Source of the DNA: Mobula hypostoma
Lineage: Eukaryota
Length of the DNA: 64,000 bases
Assembly: GCF_963921235.1 (NCBI RefSeq)
Contig: NC_086097.1
Coordinates: forward strand, 225,248,001 to 225,312,000
Direction of reading: 5' to 3'
Part shown: piece by piece, positions 1 through 13,889 of the stretch
How the letters are laid out: every line of letters begins with the position of its first letter
Position numbering within the stretch: the stretch's first letter is position 1
Position numbers and translations under genes: made by a program
The notes under the pieces: model-generated
Told to the model about the DNA's origin: nothing
Databases searched by the model: none
Seen by the model: only the letters and a program-made list of their open reading frames with translations

Positions 1-789
1 ACAGCTTAAGCTTTGATGTTTTATATTAAAGAATTAATGATGACTGGTGCAGATATGCCAGATGGATTGTTTCCAGATATACTGGCCTACTTTTTTTTCA
101 TTTTTCATTTGTAGAGATTATAAAGAATAATATGCACAGTGTAAGTTTAGCGGCTCTAACTAATATACAACATAAAATCTCTTCCTAGCAAATAATTTAT
201 ATATTTATTTTTCAAATAACGCAGGAAACTTACTTCTATAATTTGATGAATTTATTGGTATTGTTTATAAGAATAAATAGAAAATTATTTCTCTTGCATA
301 TACAAATGTAATGTTAAAACTTTTATATTACACAGACATACTTTAGTCTGGTTTAATTCAAGAATGCTTGGAGTATAGTTAGAACACCATGAATTACAGA
401 GACTGTGGGGTCTAGGTGATACAGATTGGAAATCTGCTGCAGAGTCTAATGTGTACTCCTTCGACCCAGTGCAGACACTGCAAAAAATGCACTCTGCTCA
501 CCGAGTGGCCACTGTCTAGTCAGCAATGTTTAGAGTATTGGCTGCCCTATTGTATCGTTGGGAGTCTGAAATTTTGAAGGGCTGGCACCAAGTTTAAAGT
601 GAAATCTATTTGTGCTGCTTGGAGGGGAGCTGTACTGTGATCATTGCAGGGGGTGCAAGCCATTGTGAGATAATTATGATTTTCCCATAGACAAATGGCA
701 CAAAACAGGAGGGATTGTTATATTGTCATTTGCTATACTGGAAGCTATGTTAGAGGACATAAAGAGGAGGATATCCCTCATTAACCACA

Positions 790-1995
790 AGGGGCCAAAC
801 TCCTGAACCAGGGACTCTCCACCTCTTTGCAACTGGATCCTTGACTTCCTGACCAACAGATCACATTGTGTTAGAATAAGCAGCAGCACTTCAGCTACAA
901 CTGTTCAGAGCACTGGCGCCCCACAAGGCTGTGTTCTCAGCCCCCTCTAGCTTTCTACTCTCTGAACGCTCATGACTGCGTGGCCAGATTCTCCTCTAAC
1001 TCCATCTACCAGTTTGCAGATGATGCCACCATTGTGGACTGCATCACAGATAGTAATGAGTCGGAACAGGAAGGAGATAGTGAGCCTAGTGACATGGTGT
1101 CGTAAGAGTAATCTTCCCCTCAATGCCAGCAAAGCAAAAGAGCTGGTCACTGACCTTGGACAAGGGTGGGACAGTGCACATTTTCCTGTTTACATCAATG
1201 AGGTTGAGAGCATTTCGAGTTTCAAGTTCTGACAAGGGAACATTATCAATACCGGTCCTGGACAATTCAGATTCAGATCCTTGTTGATACCATAGACAAG
1301 AAAGCACACCAATGGCAGGCAGGAGGCTGAAGAAATTTGCCATGTCCCCTTCTGACCGCTACCAATTTTTATCTACAGATCATAGAAATCAAAATCAGGT
1401 TTAATATCACTGGCATTCATTGTGAAATTTGTTATTTTACAGCAGCAGTAGATTACAATTTATTGTAATAATAACAAAACATTAGAATAAGACATATATA
1501 AAACAATTGAATTAAATAGTAGTGCAAAAAGAGAGAGAAAATACTCAGGTAGTGTTCATGGGCTCATTGTCCTTTCAGAGAACTGAAAGCGTCCTATTTG
1601 GATGTACCACAGCTTGGTATGGGAAGTACTCTGCTCGTGAATGCATGAAACTGCAGGGAGTACGTTATTCTCTCTTCTCTCCTCTTCCATAAGGAGGAAA
1701 ATAGTAAAACATGAAATAACATACTACCACACTGAAAGACAGCTTCTATCACACTGATATAAGACTAATTGAATATTCCCTAGAATGATAAGATGGACTC
1801 TTGACCTCACAGTCTACCTTGTTCTGACTTGGCACTGCACTTCATCTGAAACTGTAACACTTTATTTGGCATGCTGTTGTTGTTTTACATTGCACTATCT
1901 GAATGCACTATTGTAATTCATTGATCTGTGATGATGGTATGCAAGAAAAGTTTTTCATTGCCCCTCAAAACATATGACAAGAATAAAGTAATTTA
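790..1995 (+). mobile_element. Degenerate Rex1/Babar-type LINE (RT C-terminal half and 3' UTR)
   Basis: Translates with frameshifts as [12 protein letters not shown]...[13 protein letters not shown]...FADDATIVD...WCRKSNLPLNASKAKEL. Ends with an AATAAA-containing tail near 1980. A short minus-strand Rex1-type tail is inserted at ~1388-1580. Confidence 0.8.
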
Positions 1996-2477
1996 ACTTA
2001 GTAGTATGATTGCAAAGCCTAGTAGAGTAGACAAGTGCAGAAATTAATTTGATGAGTTAAACCCTGCGTTATACAACTTCATACATAGTCAAAATGAGTG
2101 AATGCATCTCAAGATGTTGAAGCAAACCAATTACCCTACTAATGGTTTAACTGCTGAGGGTCACACACACTTATTATTCACTATCCAACAAGCTCTCACG
2201 CAGTATACATAATAAGGTAGATGATCTTGTAGCGCAGCTAGAGATTGGTGGGTATGAAGTTTGGAGCATCATTGAGTTCTGGCTGAAAGAAGATCATAGT
2301 TGGGAGCTGAACAACCAAGGATACACCTTGTATAGAAAGGACAGGCAGGTGGGCAGAGGGAGTAAGGTGGATCTGTTGATAAAAAATGAAATCAAATCCT
2401 TTGAAAGAGGTGACATAGGATTGGAGGATGTAGAATTCTTATGGGTAGACTTATGAAATTGCAAGGGTAAAAAAAAA

Positions 2478-2668
2478 TAGCCGGCTAGTGGTGTAGTGAC
2501 ATCCACACTGGACTTCAAGTTTGAATGGTCCCAGGCTCCTTGCATGCTTTCCATTCATGTCGGGTTGAGCTTCAAACTAACTACTCGGCCTCATGAAAAA
2601 ACAGACTAAAATGCTAAAGAAATGGCAAGGCTCCTGCCAGATGCGCCCCAAGGCATGGAAAGGAACAA
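2478..2668 (+). mobile_element. tRNA-headed SINE inserted in the CR1 endonuclease region
   Basis: Begins GCCGGCTAGTGGTGTAGTGA (A-box-like). Flanked by duplicated AAG(G)GTAAAAA and cleanly interrupts the CR1 reading. Confidence 0.6.
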
Positions 2669-3556
2669 AGGTAAAAATACCTTGATGGGAATTATATACT
2701 GGCCTTTGAACAGGATGTGGGAATTAAATTACAATGGGAGATAGGAAAATCATGTTAAAAGGGGAACGTTACGATCGTCAAGGGAGATTTCAATATGCAG
2801 GTAGATTGGGAAATCAGGGTGGTGCTGGATCTTAAGAGAAGGAATTTATAAAATGCCTATGAAATAGCTTTTTAGAGTAGACTGTGGTTGAGTCAACTAG
2901 GGGAAAAGTAATTTTGGATAGGGTGCTATATAAATTACCAGATTTGAATAGGGAGCTTTAGGTAAAGGAACCCTTAGGAGACAGTGATCATAATATGAAG
3001 TAATTCACCCAACAATTTGAGAAGGAGAAGATAGTCAGCTGTATCAGTATTACAGTGGAGAAAAGGAAATTACAGAGTTATGAGAGAGGAACTGGGCAAA
3101 ATTGATTGGAATAGGACAATATTAGTGATGATGACAGAACCGTAATAAGGTAACAGGTAATGCTAGAATTCTGGGGGCAATTAGGAAGGTGCAGGATAGG
3201 TACAGCCCAAAGGTGAAGAAATGTTCCAAAGGGAGGGTAAGGCAACTGTGGCTGACAAGAAAAGTAAAAGACAACATAAGAGCAAAGGAGAGGGCGTAAA
3301 ATATAGTAAAAATTAGTGGGAAATTAAAAGATTGGAAAACTTTTTAAAAACTAACAGAAGCCAACTAAAAATGCCATTAGGAGAGAAAATAATAAATAGG
3401 AAGGTAAGCTAGCCAATGATTTAAAAAAGGAAACCAACAGCTTCTTCAGACATATAGAGAGTAAAAAAGAGGTGAGATTGGATATTGGACCCGTGGAAAA
3501 TGATGCTGGAGAGGTAGTAATGTGGGACAAAGAATTGACATACAAATTTAATACCA

Positions 3557-5190
3557 AGGGCAGGATGCTGTTTACTGACTATAGCTCAGCGTTTAACACC
3601 ATTATTCCTACAATCCTGATCTAAAAGCTGCAAAACCTGGGCCTCTGTACTTCGCTATGCAACCGGATCCTCGACTTCCTAACCAGAAGACCACAGTCTG
3701 TGCTGATCGGTATTAACATCTTCACCTTGCTGACAATCAGCACTGGCCCACCTCAGGATGTGTGCTTAGCCCATTGCCCTACTCTCTCTCTATACCCATG
3801 ACTGTGTGGCTAGGCATAGCTCAAATGGCAACTGTAAATCTGCTGATGATACAACTATTGTTTGCAGAATCTCAGATGGTAATGAGTGGACATATAGGAG
3901 TGAGATATACCAGCTAGTTGAGTGGTGTTGTAGCAACAACCTTGCACTTAGTGTCAGTAAGACCAAAGATCTGGTTGTTGGCTTCAGAAAGGGTAAGGTG
4001 AGAGAAAACAAACTAATCCTCATAGAGAGATGAGAGAGGGAGGGATGAGAGAGAGAGAGAGAGAAAGGGGTGAGGGGAGAAGGAGAGAGGGAGATGGAGG
4101 GGGGGAGAGAGAGATGTCAATACCTCTAAGGATCTAGAAGGCAGGACAATGACTATATTCCATTAGGAATTTGAGGAGATTTGGTTTGTCACTCAAAAAC
4201 GTCACAGGTGTACCATTGAGAGCATTCTGACAGGCGGCATCATTGTCTGGTATGGGGGGGTGGGATGTGGCCACTGCACAGAATTGAAGCAAACTGCAAA
4301 GTGTGATAAAATCGTCCATCATGAAGGATCCCCAACACCCAGGACATGCCCTTTTCACATTGTTACCATCAGGAAGGAGGTACAGAAGCCTGAAGATGCA
4401 CATTCAGTGATTCAGAAACAGTAGGCTTCAATAGGTACATGTAATGTCAGAGAAATGTATAAAATATACATGCTGAAATTCTTTTTCTTCACAAACATCC
4501 ACAAAAACAGAGGAGTGCCCCAAAGAATGAATGATAGATAAAACATTAGGATCCCAAAGCTCCGCCCCCTAGTTCCCCCCTCCCATGCACAAGCAGCAGA
4601 GAGGCAACAACCCCACCCCCATCCTCACCAGCAAAAAAGCATAAGCACCTTCCACCAAGCACTCAAGCAAGCAGCAAAGTATTAATAAAGACACGGACTT
4701 GCAATTAACCAAAAATTGCTCATTCACCCGGTATTCGGCATACCACAGGCTCTCTCTCTCTCTCCCTAATAAGGGAAAAAGGGATGTCCCCATTTCACAG
4801 CGAGAAGGGAGACAGAACAAACAACTCTCTGATTTATGATGTTAAAAGTCTGTTTTTCCGAGCTCTGCGACAGAGAGTCAACACCAAAAAGGCCCAGCTC
4901 TCCGGACACACAACCCCCAGCAGCTAATCTGCTGCTGCCGATGGTCCGCGTTCTCCCACGGTGCTTCTGTCAGGGGCACCGGCCTAGAATCAGCATGTCC
5001 CCAGAGCCACAAAATCCTGGAACACTGAAGGTGTGCTTGCTTGATTGCTTGGGATATCAAAAAGCAGCTGGTCACGAGGCCCTGAGAGTGGATTCCATTC
5101 CCGCAAAGAACCGAAGTCTGAGTGTAAGTCCAGGTCAGGGACTTCAAAAGAACCCCCCACACTCTGAGAAGGAAAGGATTCTGATTATGA
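3557..5190 (+). mobile_element. Rex1/Babar LINE fragment nested in CR1
   Basis: RMLFTDYSSAFNTIIP, KSADDTTIVCRISDGNEWTYRSEIYQLVEWCCSNNLALSVSKTK, DPQHPGHALFTLLPSGRRYRSLK. ATTCTGATTATGA tail at ~5178-5190. Contains a GA-rich expansion at ~4025-4115. Confidence 0.85.
4422..5172 (-). mobile_element. Non-coding, non-autonomous retroposon (unclassified)
   Basis: Interrupts the Rex1 copy and has no credible protein. Its minus-strand 3' tail resembles other Rex1-type tails in the window. Confidence 0.5.
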
Positions 5191-5256
5191 TAGTATTTTC
5201 TATCACACTTCACAGTGGAAGGCACTAGCGGTATGCCTGAAATTCAAGAGTTTGAG

Positions 5257-6588
5257 ACCAGAGACCATAGACCATAAGACCATAAGACAAAGGAGCAGAA
5301 GTTGGCCATTCGGCCCATCGAGTCTACGCCACCATTTTATCATGAACTGATCCATTCTTCCATTTAGTACCACTCCCCCACCTTCTCACCATAACCTTAG
5401 ATGCCCTGGCAATTCAGATACCTATCAATCTCTACTTTAAATACACCCAATCACTTGGCCTCCACTGCCGTCCATGGCGACAAATTTCTCCCTCTGGCTA
5501 AAAAAATTTCTTCGCATCTCTGTTCTGAATGGGCGCCCTTCAATCCTTAAGTCATGACCTCTTGCACTAGACTCCTCCATCATGGGAAACAACTTTGCCA
5601 CATCCACTCTGTCCATGCCTTTCAACATTTGAAATGTTTCAATAAGGTCCCCCCTCATTCTTCTAACCTCCAAGGAATACAGTCCAAGAGTGGACAAATG
5701 TTCCTCATATGTTAACCCTCTCATTCCTGGAATCATTTTAGTGAATCTTCTCTGTACCCTCTCCAACGTCAGCACATCCTTTCTTAAATAAGGAGCCCAA
5801 AACTGCCCACAGTACTCCAAGTGAGGTCTCACCAGCACCTTATAGAGCCTCAACATCACATCCCTGCTCCTATACTCTATGCCTCTAGAAATGAATGCCA
5901 ACATTGCATTCGCCTTCTTCACCACCGACTCAACCTGGAGGTTAACCTTAAGGGTATCCTGCACAAGGACTCCCAAGTCCCCTTGCATCTCAGAACTTTG
6001 AATTCTCTCCCCATTTAAATAATAGTCTGCTTGTTTATTTCTTCTGCCAAAGTGCATAACCATACACTTTCCAATATTGTATTTTATTTGCCACTTCTTT
6101 GCCCATTCTTCCAATCTATCCAAGTCTCCCTGCAGACTCTCTGTTTCCTCAACACTACCGGCCCCTCCACCTGTCTTTGTATCATCAGCAAACTTAGCCA
6201 CAAAGCCATCTATTCCATAATCCAAATCGTTGATGTACAATGTAAAAAGAAGTGGCCCCAACACGGACCCCTGTGGAATACCACTGGTAACCGGCAGCCA
6301 ACCAGAATGGGATCCCTTTATTCCCACACTCTATTTCCTGCCAATCAGCTAACGCCCTATCCATGTATGTAACTTTCCCGTAATTCCATGGGCTCGTATT
6401 TTGTTAAGCAGCCTCATGTGTGTCACCTTGTCAAAGGCCTTCTGAAAATCCAAATATGCAACATCCACTGCATCTCCCTTGTCTAGCCTACTTGTAATTT
6501 CCTCAAAAAATTGTAATAGGTGTGTCAGGCAGGATTTTCCTTTAAGGAAGCTATGCTGAGTTCTGCCTATCTTGTCATATGCCTCCAT
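5257..6588 (-). mobile_element. Young 5'-truncated CR1 LINE (RT and 3' UTR)
   Basis: ORFs 6349-6588 and 5437-6327 (SGIPQGSVLGPLLFTLYINDLD...KFADDTK...VRPHLEYC). (TCTTATGG)n tail seen as GACCATAAGACCATAAGAC on the + strand. Confidence 0.95.
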
Positions 6589-8317
6589 TGGTGGGGGGGG
6601 GGCAGAAGTGAGTGTGCTAGGGAGAACTTGCTTGGGAAGCTGAAAAGTCTGAAAGTAGATAAGTCACCTGGACCTGATGGACTACACTGCAAGGTTCTGA
6701 AAGAGTTGGCTGAAGAGATTGTGGAACATTAGTAATGACCTTTCAAGAATCAGTAGATTCTGGAATGGTTCTGGAGGACTGGAGACTGCAAATATCAGAA
6801 GTTGGGAAGATGCTAGATGCTATTATTAAGGATGAGGTTTCAGGATACTTTGAGGTACATGATATAATAGGTCAAAGTCTGTATGGCTTTCTTAAGGGGA
6901 AATCTTGCCTAACAAATCTGTTGGAATGCTTTGACGAAATAACAGGCAGGATAGAGAAAGGAGAGTCAGTGGATGTTGTTTATTTGGATTTTCAGAAGGA
7001 TTTTGACACACATGAGGCTGTATTACGGGAAAGCTACTAGCATGACTGACAGGAGACAATGAACAAAATAAAGGAGTCCTTTTCTGGTTGGCTGCCAGTA
7101 ACTAGTGGTGTTCCGCAGTGGTTGGTATTGGAACTGCTTCTTTTCACGTTCTGTGTCATCAGTTTGGATGATGGAATTGATGGCTTTGTAGCCAAGTTTG
7201 CATGCGATACAAAGCTAGGTGGAGGGGCAGGTAGAGTGAAGGAAGCAAGGTGTCTGCAGAAGGATTTAGACAAACTGGGAGAATAGGCAGAGGAGTATCA
7301 GATACAATATAATGTAGGGAGTGTAAGAGCATGTGTAGAAGGAATAAAGGTATATCCTATTTTCTGAATGGAGAGAAAATTTAAAAATCAGAAATACAAA
7401 GGGATTTGGGAGTCCTTGTGCAGGATCCAACTTGCAGTTTGAGGCGATGGTAAGGAAGGCAAAGGTAATGTTAGAATCCATTTCCAGAGCAAGATTGTGA
7501 TTCTGGGGCTTTTTAAGGCATTGGTCAGACAGCTTTTGGAGTGTTGTGAGCAGTTAAGGGCCCCTTATCTATGAAGAGATATGCTGGCATCGAAGAGGAT
7601 TCAGATGAGGTTCATGAGAATTTTTCTGGTAATGATAGGGTTTAACATACGAGGAGTGTTTGATGACTCTGGTCTTGTACTGGCTTGAATTTAGAATAAC
7701 GAGTGGGTAGGGGTGAGGGGAATCTTATTGGAACCTTTCAAATATTGAAAGGCCTAGAGACAGTGGATGTGGTGAAAATGTTTCCTACAGTGAGTGAGTC
7801 TAGGACCAGAGGGACATCCATTTACAACAGAAATGAGAAGGAATTCCTTTCACTGGAGGGTGGTGAATTTCTGGACATCATTGCCACGGACGGCTGTGGA
7901 GGCCAAGTTATTGAGTTTATTTAAAGTGGACCTAATTCTGCTCCATGTCTTATGTCTTATAGTCTCAATTAATGCTTAAGCCTATTTGTAGATTTTGTAA
8001 AAAGCTGTTTTACCCTGCTCCAAGACTATGCCCATTGCCTACAGTTCATATGTATTACTGCTTTGTCGTCTATGTATTTGCCTTCCTGAACACCATGGTG
8101 TGATTCTCAGTATAAGCCTGCACACCTGTTAAAGCAAGAATACAGCCCACAGACAGCAATACCCCACATCACTCCATCCTGCTGGAGGTCTGACCTTCAT
8201 TGCTTCAGCTATTCTGAAGTCCAAGGCTGCTGGCTGAGCGAAAGCACAGGAGGTTGATTCTCTACTTGAATTCTTTCCTCCCTCATTCCGCATAGTCCTA
8301 TGACCCAACAAACTGAT

Positions 8318-8890
8318 CAAATCAAATGATGTTTAATTAGCATTCAGACCAAACATGGATACAGTCGAACGAGGCAGTGTATTCCTGGGGCCCAGGTGCA
8401 TAACATACATTCAAAATAGCAACAGAGAAAAACACACACACACACGTTGTTACGCAAGAAACACAGTATAGTCCCTGAATAACATGCAAATTGATGATAC
8501 AGCTCCTGGCGATCCAGCCTGTCCTTCCACTTGTTGAACACTGGAGGGCAGCACTGACAGGAGAGGCCAACTGCTCCCTGAGCACAGATTCCACACTACA
8601 CTGCCTCCAGCATTGTCTCCCCTGGACTGCAGCAGCAGGGAAGCCCACTTGAGGACTAGTCCTCACTGCAGCTGAGGCCAAGGTGCTGTCTCCTCGTCTG
8701 CCTTTCCACTAGACAAAAGAAACAGGCCGGCAGCATCTCACATTATCAATGTCCAACTGCGTCTTGCAATCGCAAGAGAAACATCCAAGACAGACACTCA
8801 AGGTTACACTGGACACTGCTTTCGCGGACCAACTCCGATGTCTCTGGGTAGCAGGCCGCAGCATGGACTGCACCCAGGTCAGCTCCTCCT
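8318..8890 (-). mobile_element. Non-autonomous element with a Rex1-type 3' tail
   Basis: 8320-8460 resembles the Rex1 3' UTR at 27667-27790, but the body is non-coding and unrelated. Confidence 0.5.
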
Positions 8891-10367
8891 AACCTTCTCC
8901 AACCCGTCCGTCAGCTCCACCTTCCCTTGTCTGCCCACTGGCCTCTCCTTCTCCTGGCCCCCCCCCCCCACCCCATTGGCTTCTCCTTCTCCCAGGCACT
9001 CACCAGCTTCTCCTTCTCTTGGCTACCAGCTGGCTTCTCTTAGATAAAAGTTAGGTCAATTTTCCCTTATTTTCCCTTCCCACCCTTGTGCTGATGTTCA
9101 TTTGAGAAAACTAGTAGTCAGAGACATAGAGTCATAGAGCACTACAACACAGATACAGGCCCTACAAGCATGCCAAAGTAGTATCCTGCCTAGTCCCATC
9201 TGTACCACAGGCCTCCACACCCCTGTCATTCTAAGATGGCAGCCACTATCACTTCACTTTCCCTTAAGACTACCAGCTCTGATAATGAAACTCTGCTTAA
9301 AGCATGAAAGAGGGGGTAACTGATATCATGATCTGCTTACTCAAGGTCTTTCTAATGTTGTCAGCATTGAGAACATTATCACCTCTCCCACTATGTGCCA
9401 CCCACACTTTAGCTGTGAGCAAGTACATACTCTTGGCATTTAGAAAAGGGTGTCTCAAAGTTGGGCTGTGACTACAATGAACATTTGGAATGAAACACGA
9501 TACCATGGTACCTCACCATGTCTTAAGGTGATCATAGTCCAAGTATGGCACTTTGTCATGTGCCTCACATATAATTAAGCATCTATTCCAGTAGTTCATT
9601 GGATCTAATACACAGATATCCAAAGGATTTGGGTACACACCAATGGAAACAATTGAAAGGATATCATGAACTGTCATACTGTTCTGTACATATGTAGCAA
9701 ACGTAGAATCATTTCAGTACAGGAAAGAAGATTCTTTTAGAAAGAAGCAGCAGTGCACCACAGTCCTGAACACAATTTTGGAAAATCAGGTTAGTGACCT
9801 CTGAGTCAATCTCATCACTCTCCCGTTTGTCCTCCAAGCTGATTAATGACCTATAGGAATGGTTAGAGCTAAGCAGGGCTTTTTTTAAAAGGCCAAGCCA
9901 TGATGTCATACAGTGTATACTTTAGCTGTGATTACTGCCACTTAAAGTGAAACCTTGCTTAGATTGCCAAGGGGATTTTTTCCTGACTCAGCATCCAGAC
10001 AAATGCAAGCAGTTCCCATGCAGTCCTACTTTAGAATCTGTCTTCACGCACAGTTTAATTTCCTCTACTTTTCTCTGACCAATATTGTATTGTTAGACAT
10101 CTGTAACCCTGAATTAAAATGGTATTCATTTAAAAGTAACTGCAAATGTTCATGTTCAACATTGCACAGATGTTTAAGCGTTGCTATACAAATTCTAATG
10201 TTGTTCAATATATTCCATTTTTTCCCTTTTCTGTATGGAATATTTATTTGTGAACAGGAAATAAAGTACTGTATTACTTTTTTCCATACGTCCAAAACGT
10301 ACAAAAGGTTCAAAGTAAATTTATTATCAAATTGCCTGTATATTAATGTATACTACACAAGTGCAAT

Positions 10368-10738
10368 TTAGAACATAGAAATCTACAGCACATTGCAGGT
10401 TCTTTGTCCTACAATGTTGTGCCGACCACGTAACCTACTCTAGAAACTGCCTAGAATTTCCCTACCGCATAGCCCTCTATTTTTCTAAGCTCCATGTACC
10501 TATCCAGGAGTCTCCTAAAAGACCCTGTTGTATCTGCTTCCACCACTGTCGCCAGCAATGCATTCCATGCACTCACCACTCTTTATGTGAAAAACTTACC
10601 TCTGACGTCCCCCTTGTACCTACTTCCAAGCACCATAAAACTATGCTCTCCTCTGCACTTTCCGTATAGTATCCACATTCTCCCTGTACTGAGGCGACCA
10701 GAACTGAACACAATACTGCAAGTGGGGTCTAACCAAGG
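10368..10738 (-). mobile_element. CR1 3' fragment (internally deleted) nested in a Rex1-type tail
   Basis: TAGAACATAGAA tail. Matches the CR1 3' ends at 33893 and 44957. Confidence 0.8.
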
Positions 10739-12379
10739 TCTTTTCTTGCAGGCCTTCATGGAAATACAATCGAATTCATGAAATACTCCACACAAAAACT
10801 GACAATCGATGTGCAAAGGAAGACAAGCTGTACCAATAAACAGACAGACATACGTAAATAGATAGATAGATAAATAATACGGAGAACAGGAATTGTAGAA
10901 TCATTGAAATTGAGTCCATAGGTAAGGTAAAGCAGAGGTTGCTGTAGGTGTTTTCCCCGTAGGCACCACTCATGCAGAGTTGGTTTTCACTTGCTGTGGC
11001 ACCATTTTCCTCAGCATTCACTGTAGCAGTGACTGGTAAGAGGAGGTTCCAGCTGATGTACAGCAACATCAAGCCAAGTTGATTCTACCCCTTGTCATAA
11101 ATGCCAAATCTCTCCACAGCTTTTGGTGAGAAAATGATTTCCACACATCTCCATGATTGGATGATGTATTCTGTTTTGGTTATGCTGATTTCCTTTATGG
11201 TAGTGACTGCACATTTATTTCTTCACAGCATGTCTGAGCACACGGCACCAGTCGATTTTTTTTTGGCAACAGAATACAAATTCACATGTAACAGCAAAAA
11301 AATTCCCTGCCTTAATCCTCCACACAATTCAGTTTCTTTGTAATCTCCATGCTTTGTTGGTTTAACTAATAGAACTGTTCCCTGTGTTCTTCTCCCTACC
11401 ATATAAAACACTCTGCAACTGAGTTAGTACTTGGGATGATATAACTTTTACATAAATGCATGTGAGCACATATATATCAAGGTTTGACAGAGATCTTAAA
11501 GCTAATCCGCATGATTCAATAGAATTAAACAAAATTGCAAAAAAATTACATCAAACGGTTCATTTCATTACTGTTGGATTTTCTGAAATCTTCTGTTTTA
11601 CATAAATGAGTTATTTTTTTGATGCACATATATATTTTGAGAAGGAAGTGTTTTTCAGATGATATCATTCAGGATTTTTCTTCATCACAGGAAGCCTGGC
11701 CATATAAATGATGCATGCAGAGTGAGCCTGATATTAATTCTGACAGTGCAAGAATGGTAGTGGCTGTACGACAAAGGGAAAGTGTCATTTTCTTCACTTG
11801 TGCACAATGAACCTGCACTATAAATAAGTCAATATACTCAGGAAAGGAATTTCAACAAATGATTGGATTGAGACTGACAACCGAGTTCATTTCCAAGATT
11901 TAGATCCTGTATCTCTGGAAGTGTCTAGGGCTGTTGATAAAAAATTGAATTTAGTTGTACAGGATTAGACACTGGTAGTGTTTTCAAATGTGGCCAGCTA
12001 GTACAAAACATATTTTAACAAGGTAGCTTTCAGAAATGTATATGATATGCATATTAACCTCATTAGTGTGAAGCCTAATTGTTTCTGATGGGATCTGACA
12101 CAAATGGTTAACATTTAAAAATGAATCAAGTTTAAGCACCTGGAATTAGATTCAAAAATGGCTCTAATTAAGGAGTTGTAAATAATATATTCTAATAAAC
12201 GCATATTAAGTATGAATGGAGATGTCCAACCAATTTTTAACCTATTGTTTTAATTTTCATTTTCTAGCCTAAAACTCTATTTAACTTTTATAGCTTTAGA
12301 TAACTATAGAGAGATGAACTAGATTGGGAGATAATATTTTTAGTTACCTCTACTTTGAAATCAAATAGCTGTATACAAG

Positions 12380-12442
12380 CGTGTGTGTGTGTGTGTGTGT
12401 GTACACGCGCACGTGCACACGCACGTACGTGTATATACATAC
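12380..12442. repeat. (GT)n/(AC)n alternating purine-pyrimidine microsatellite
   Basis: GCGTGTGT...GTACACGCGCACGTGCACACGCACGTACGTGTATATACATACAT. Confidence 0.9.
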
Positions 12443-13489
12443 ATAAATTGATTAGTGGGTGCTTGTCAGCCTGCAAGTATATCTGTGAGTATGTGTATTT
12501 TCTTTGTGTCTGTACATATGCATTTGTATATGTAACACCCTCACTGTAGGCTCATAATGAGTTAGCTATTACTGTGAATACAGGCTGACAGCAATATAAC
12601 TCGACAATGGATGGGAATAACAATGAAAAGGGCATTTCCAATAAATAAACATGTCTAGGGTAAATATGATTCAGGTAAACACAAACATAAAAGTCTGCAT
12701 GTCTCTTTCGGGGAAAATAAGGCTATCATTTGTATGAAAACTATAACACTCATGCAAATTTACCTTCTGCCAGGAAGCAATAATTTAGCTCATGTAAGTA
12801 TAAACTTAGATTAAAATGGATTGACAAAATATTTTAAACTATAACGAACAAAATGAAGAGAAAGGGGCCATTACATATATTAGACCATAGCGTGCACATA
12901 ATCATTGGAGCTCATTGTTGCATAATCTGGTTTGATTCACTTTGTTTACTCATGGTACCAAACAATTCTGCTTCAAAACACAGTCCAAATAAAACATAAA
13001 TAAATATTTATGCCATGTCCAAGAACAAGGTGTTGAACATTCTCCAAGGTCAAGTGATAACTAGCTAATTAAAGGTTATCTGTACATTCTCCGTGAGACT
13101 ATTGTCTGCATGAGGATTTTCTGACAGCAGTATCTGTCCTTCCAAATGGGTTCTGTGAACGTTTCACCACGTTCTTCACTGTTACTCGTCCCCCGTCTCC
13201 ATTCTTTCATCCTTCTCCTTCTTCCAAAACTCTTGCACTCTCTCCAGAAAATGTCTACCCCCAATCCCTTAAGAATGTACTGGGGCATTTTATTGGTCAA
13301 AATGTTAGAAAGAAAAATCCTGTTGGCTCTTACAACAAACCTAATTTAGCAATCAACTGAAATATTTGATGGTATAATGTAAATAAAGGAGCACATTGCA
13401 TTTTGAGAAAATCTGCAGAAAATAAAATACACAACAGCATAACTGTATTAATAAAATGAAGCATAGTCTTAAACCAGAGGTACTACATA

Positions 13490-13875
13490 GAGTAGGCAGC
13501 CCCCTCTCCACGTCACTGATGTAGTCCAAGGGAAGGGCAAGCGCCGATACAGCTTGGCACCAGTGTCATTGCAGAGGTTGCCACAGTGAAGCTGTAAACA
13601 ACATCAAACTGCCTTAGGGAACCCAGCTTCAGATTTCTTCCTCAGGGTTTACTTCCAAAGCCTTTCCGATGGGTAGGTATGGCTGCAAGGCAGCGGAGGT
13701 TTAAAATTAGAGTTTTCCTTCTCCTAGGCGGGCTGCCATCCAAGGCTGATGAGCCCCTCCTGTCCGAAACAACTGGTTTTGAGGCACCAGATGTCTGCCT
13801 TTGCTCCTTCTCTTGTCAGTAGAAACAGTTCCGCCGGGCTTAGTGGCTAAACTACAAGAGTTGGACTTGATTGTG
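13490..13875 (-). mobile_element. Non-autonomous element derived from an RTE/Vingi-like 5' UTR
   Basis: The minus strand has GGAGAAGGAAAACTCT...AAACCTCCGCTGCCTTGC...GTAAACCC...CCCTAAGGCAG and shares the block TGTAGTCCAA.GGAA...TTGGCACCAG...CTGCCTTAGGG...GGGTTTACT with 21866-22390. Confidence 0.6.
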
Positions 13876-13889
13876 TGCATATATTAATT

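Larger units (their letters stand above)
2190..7965 (+). mobile_element. Old CR1 LINE ORF2 (APE endonuclease, linker, RT), split by nested insertions
   Basis: Pieces 2190-2477, 2669-3556, 5191-5256 and 6590-7965 continue one another: NKVDDLVAQLEIGGY/ESWLKEDHSWELN/YRKDRQVGRG (endonuclease); FTVEGTSGMPEIQE; KLKSLKVDKSPGPDGLH; QSLYGFLKGKSCLTNL; VVYLDFQKDFD; SGVPQ. Confidence 0.88.

Noticed and set aside
13076..13300. 74-aa minus-strand ORF in unique sequence as a possible host exon
   Set aside because: No recognisable protein family and no linked exons.
13510..13552. Hammerhead-like CTGATGTAGTCC...GATAC
   Set aside because: The core reads CUGAUGU, there is no GAAA box or helix II partner, and it lies antisense to the element.
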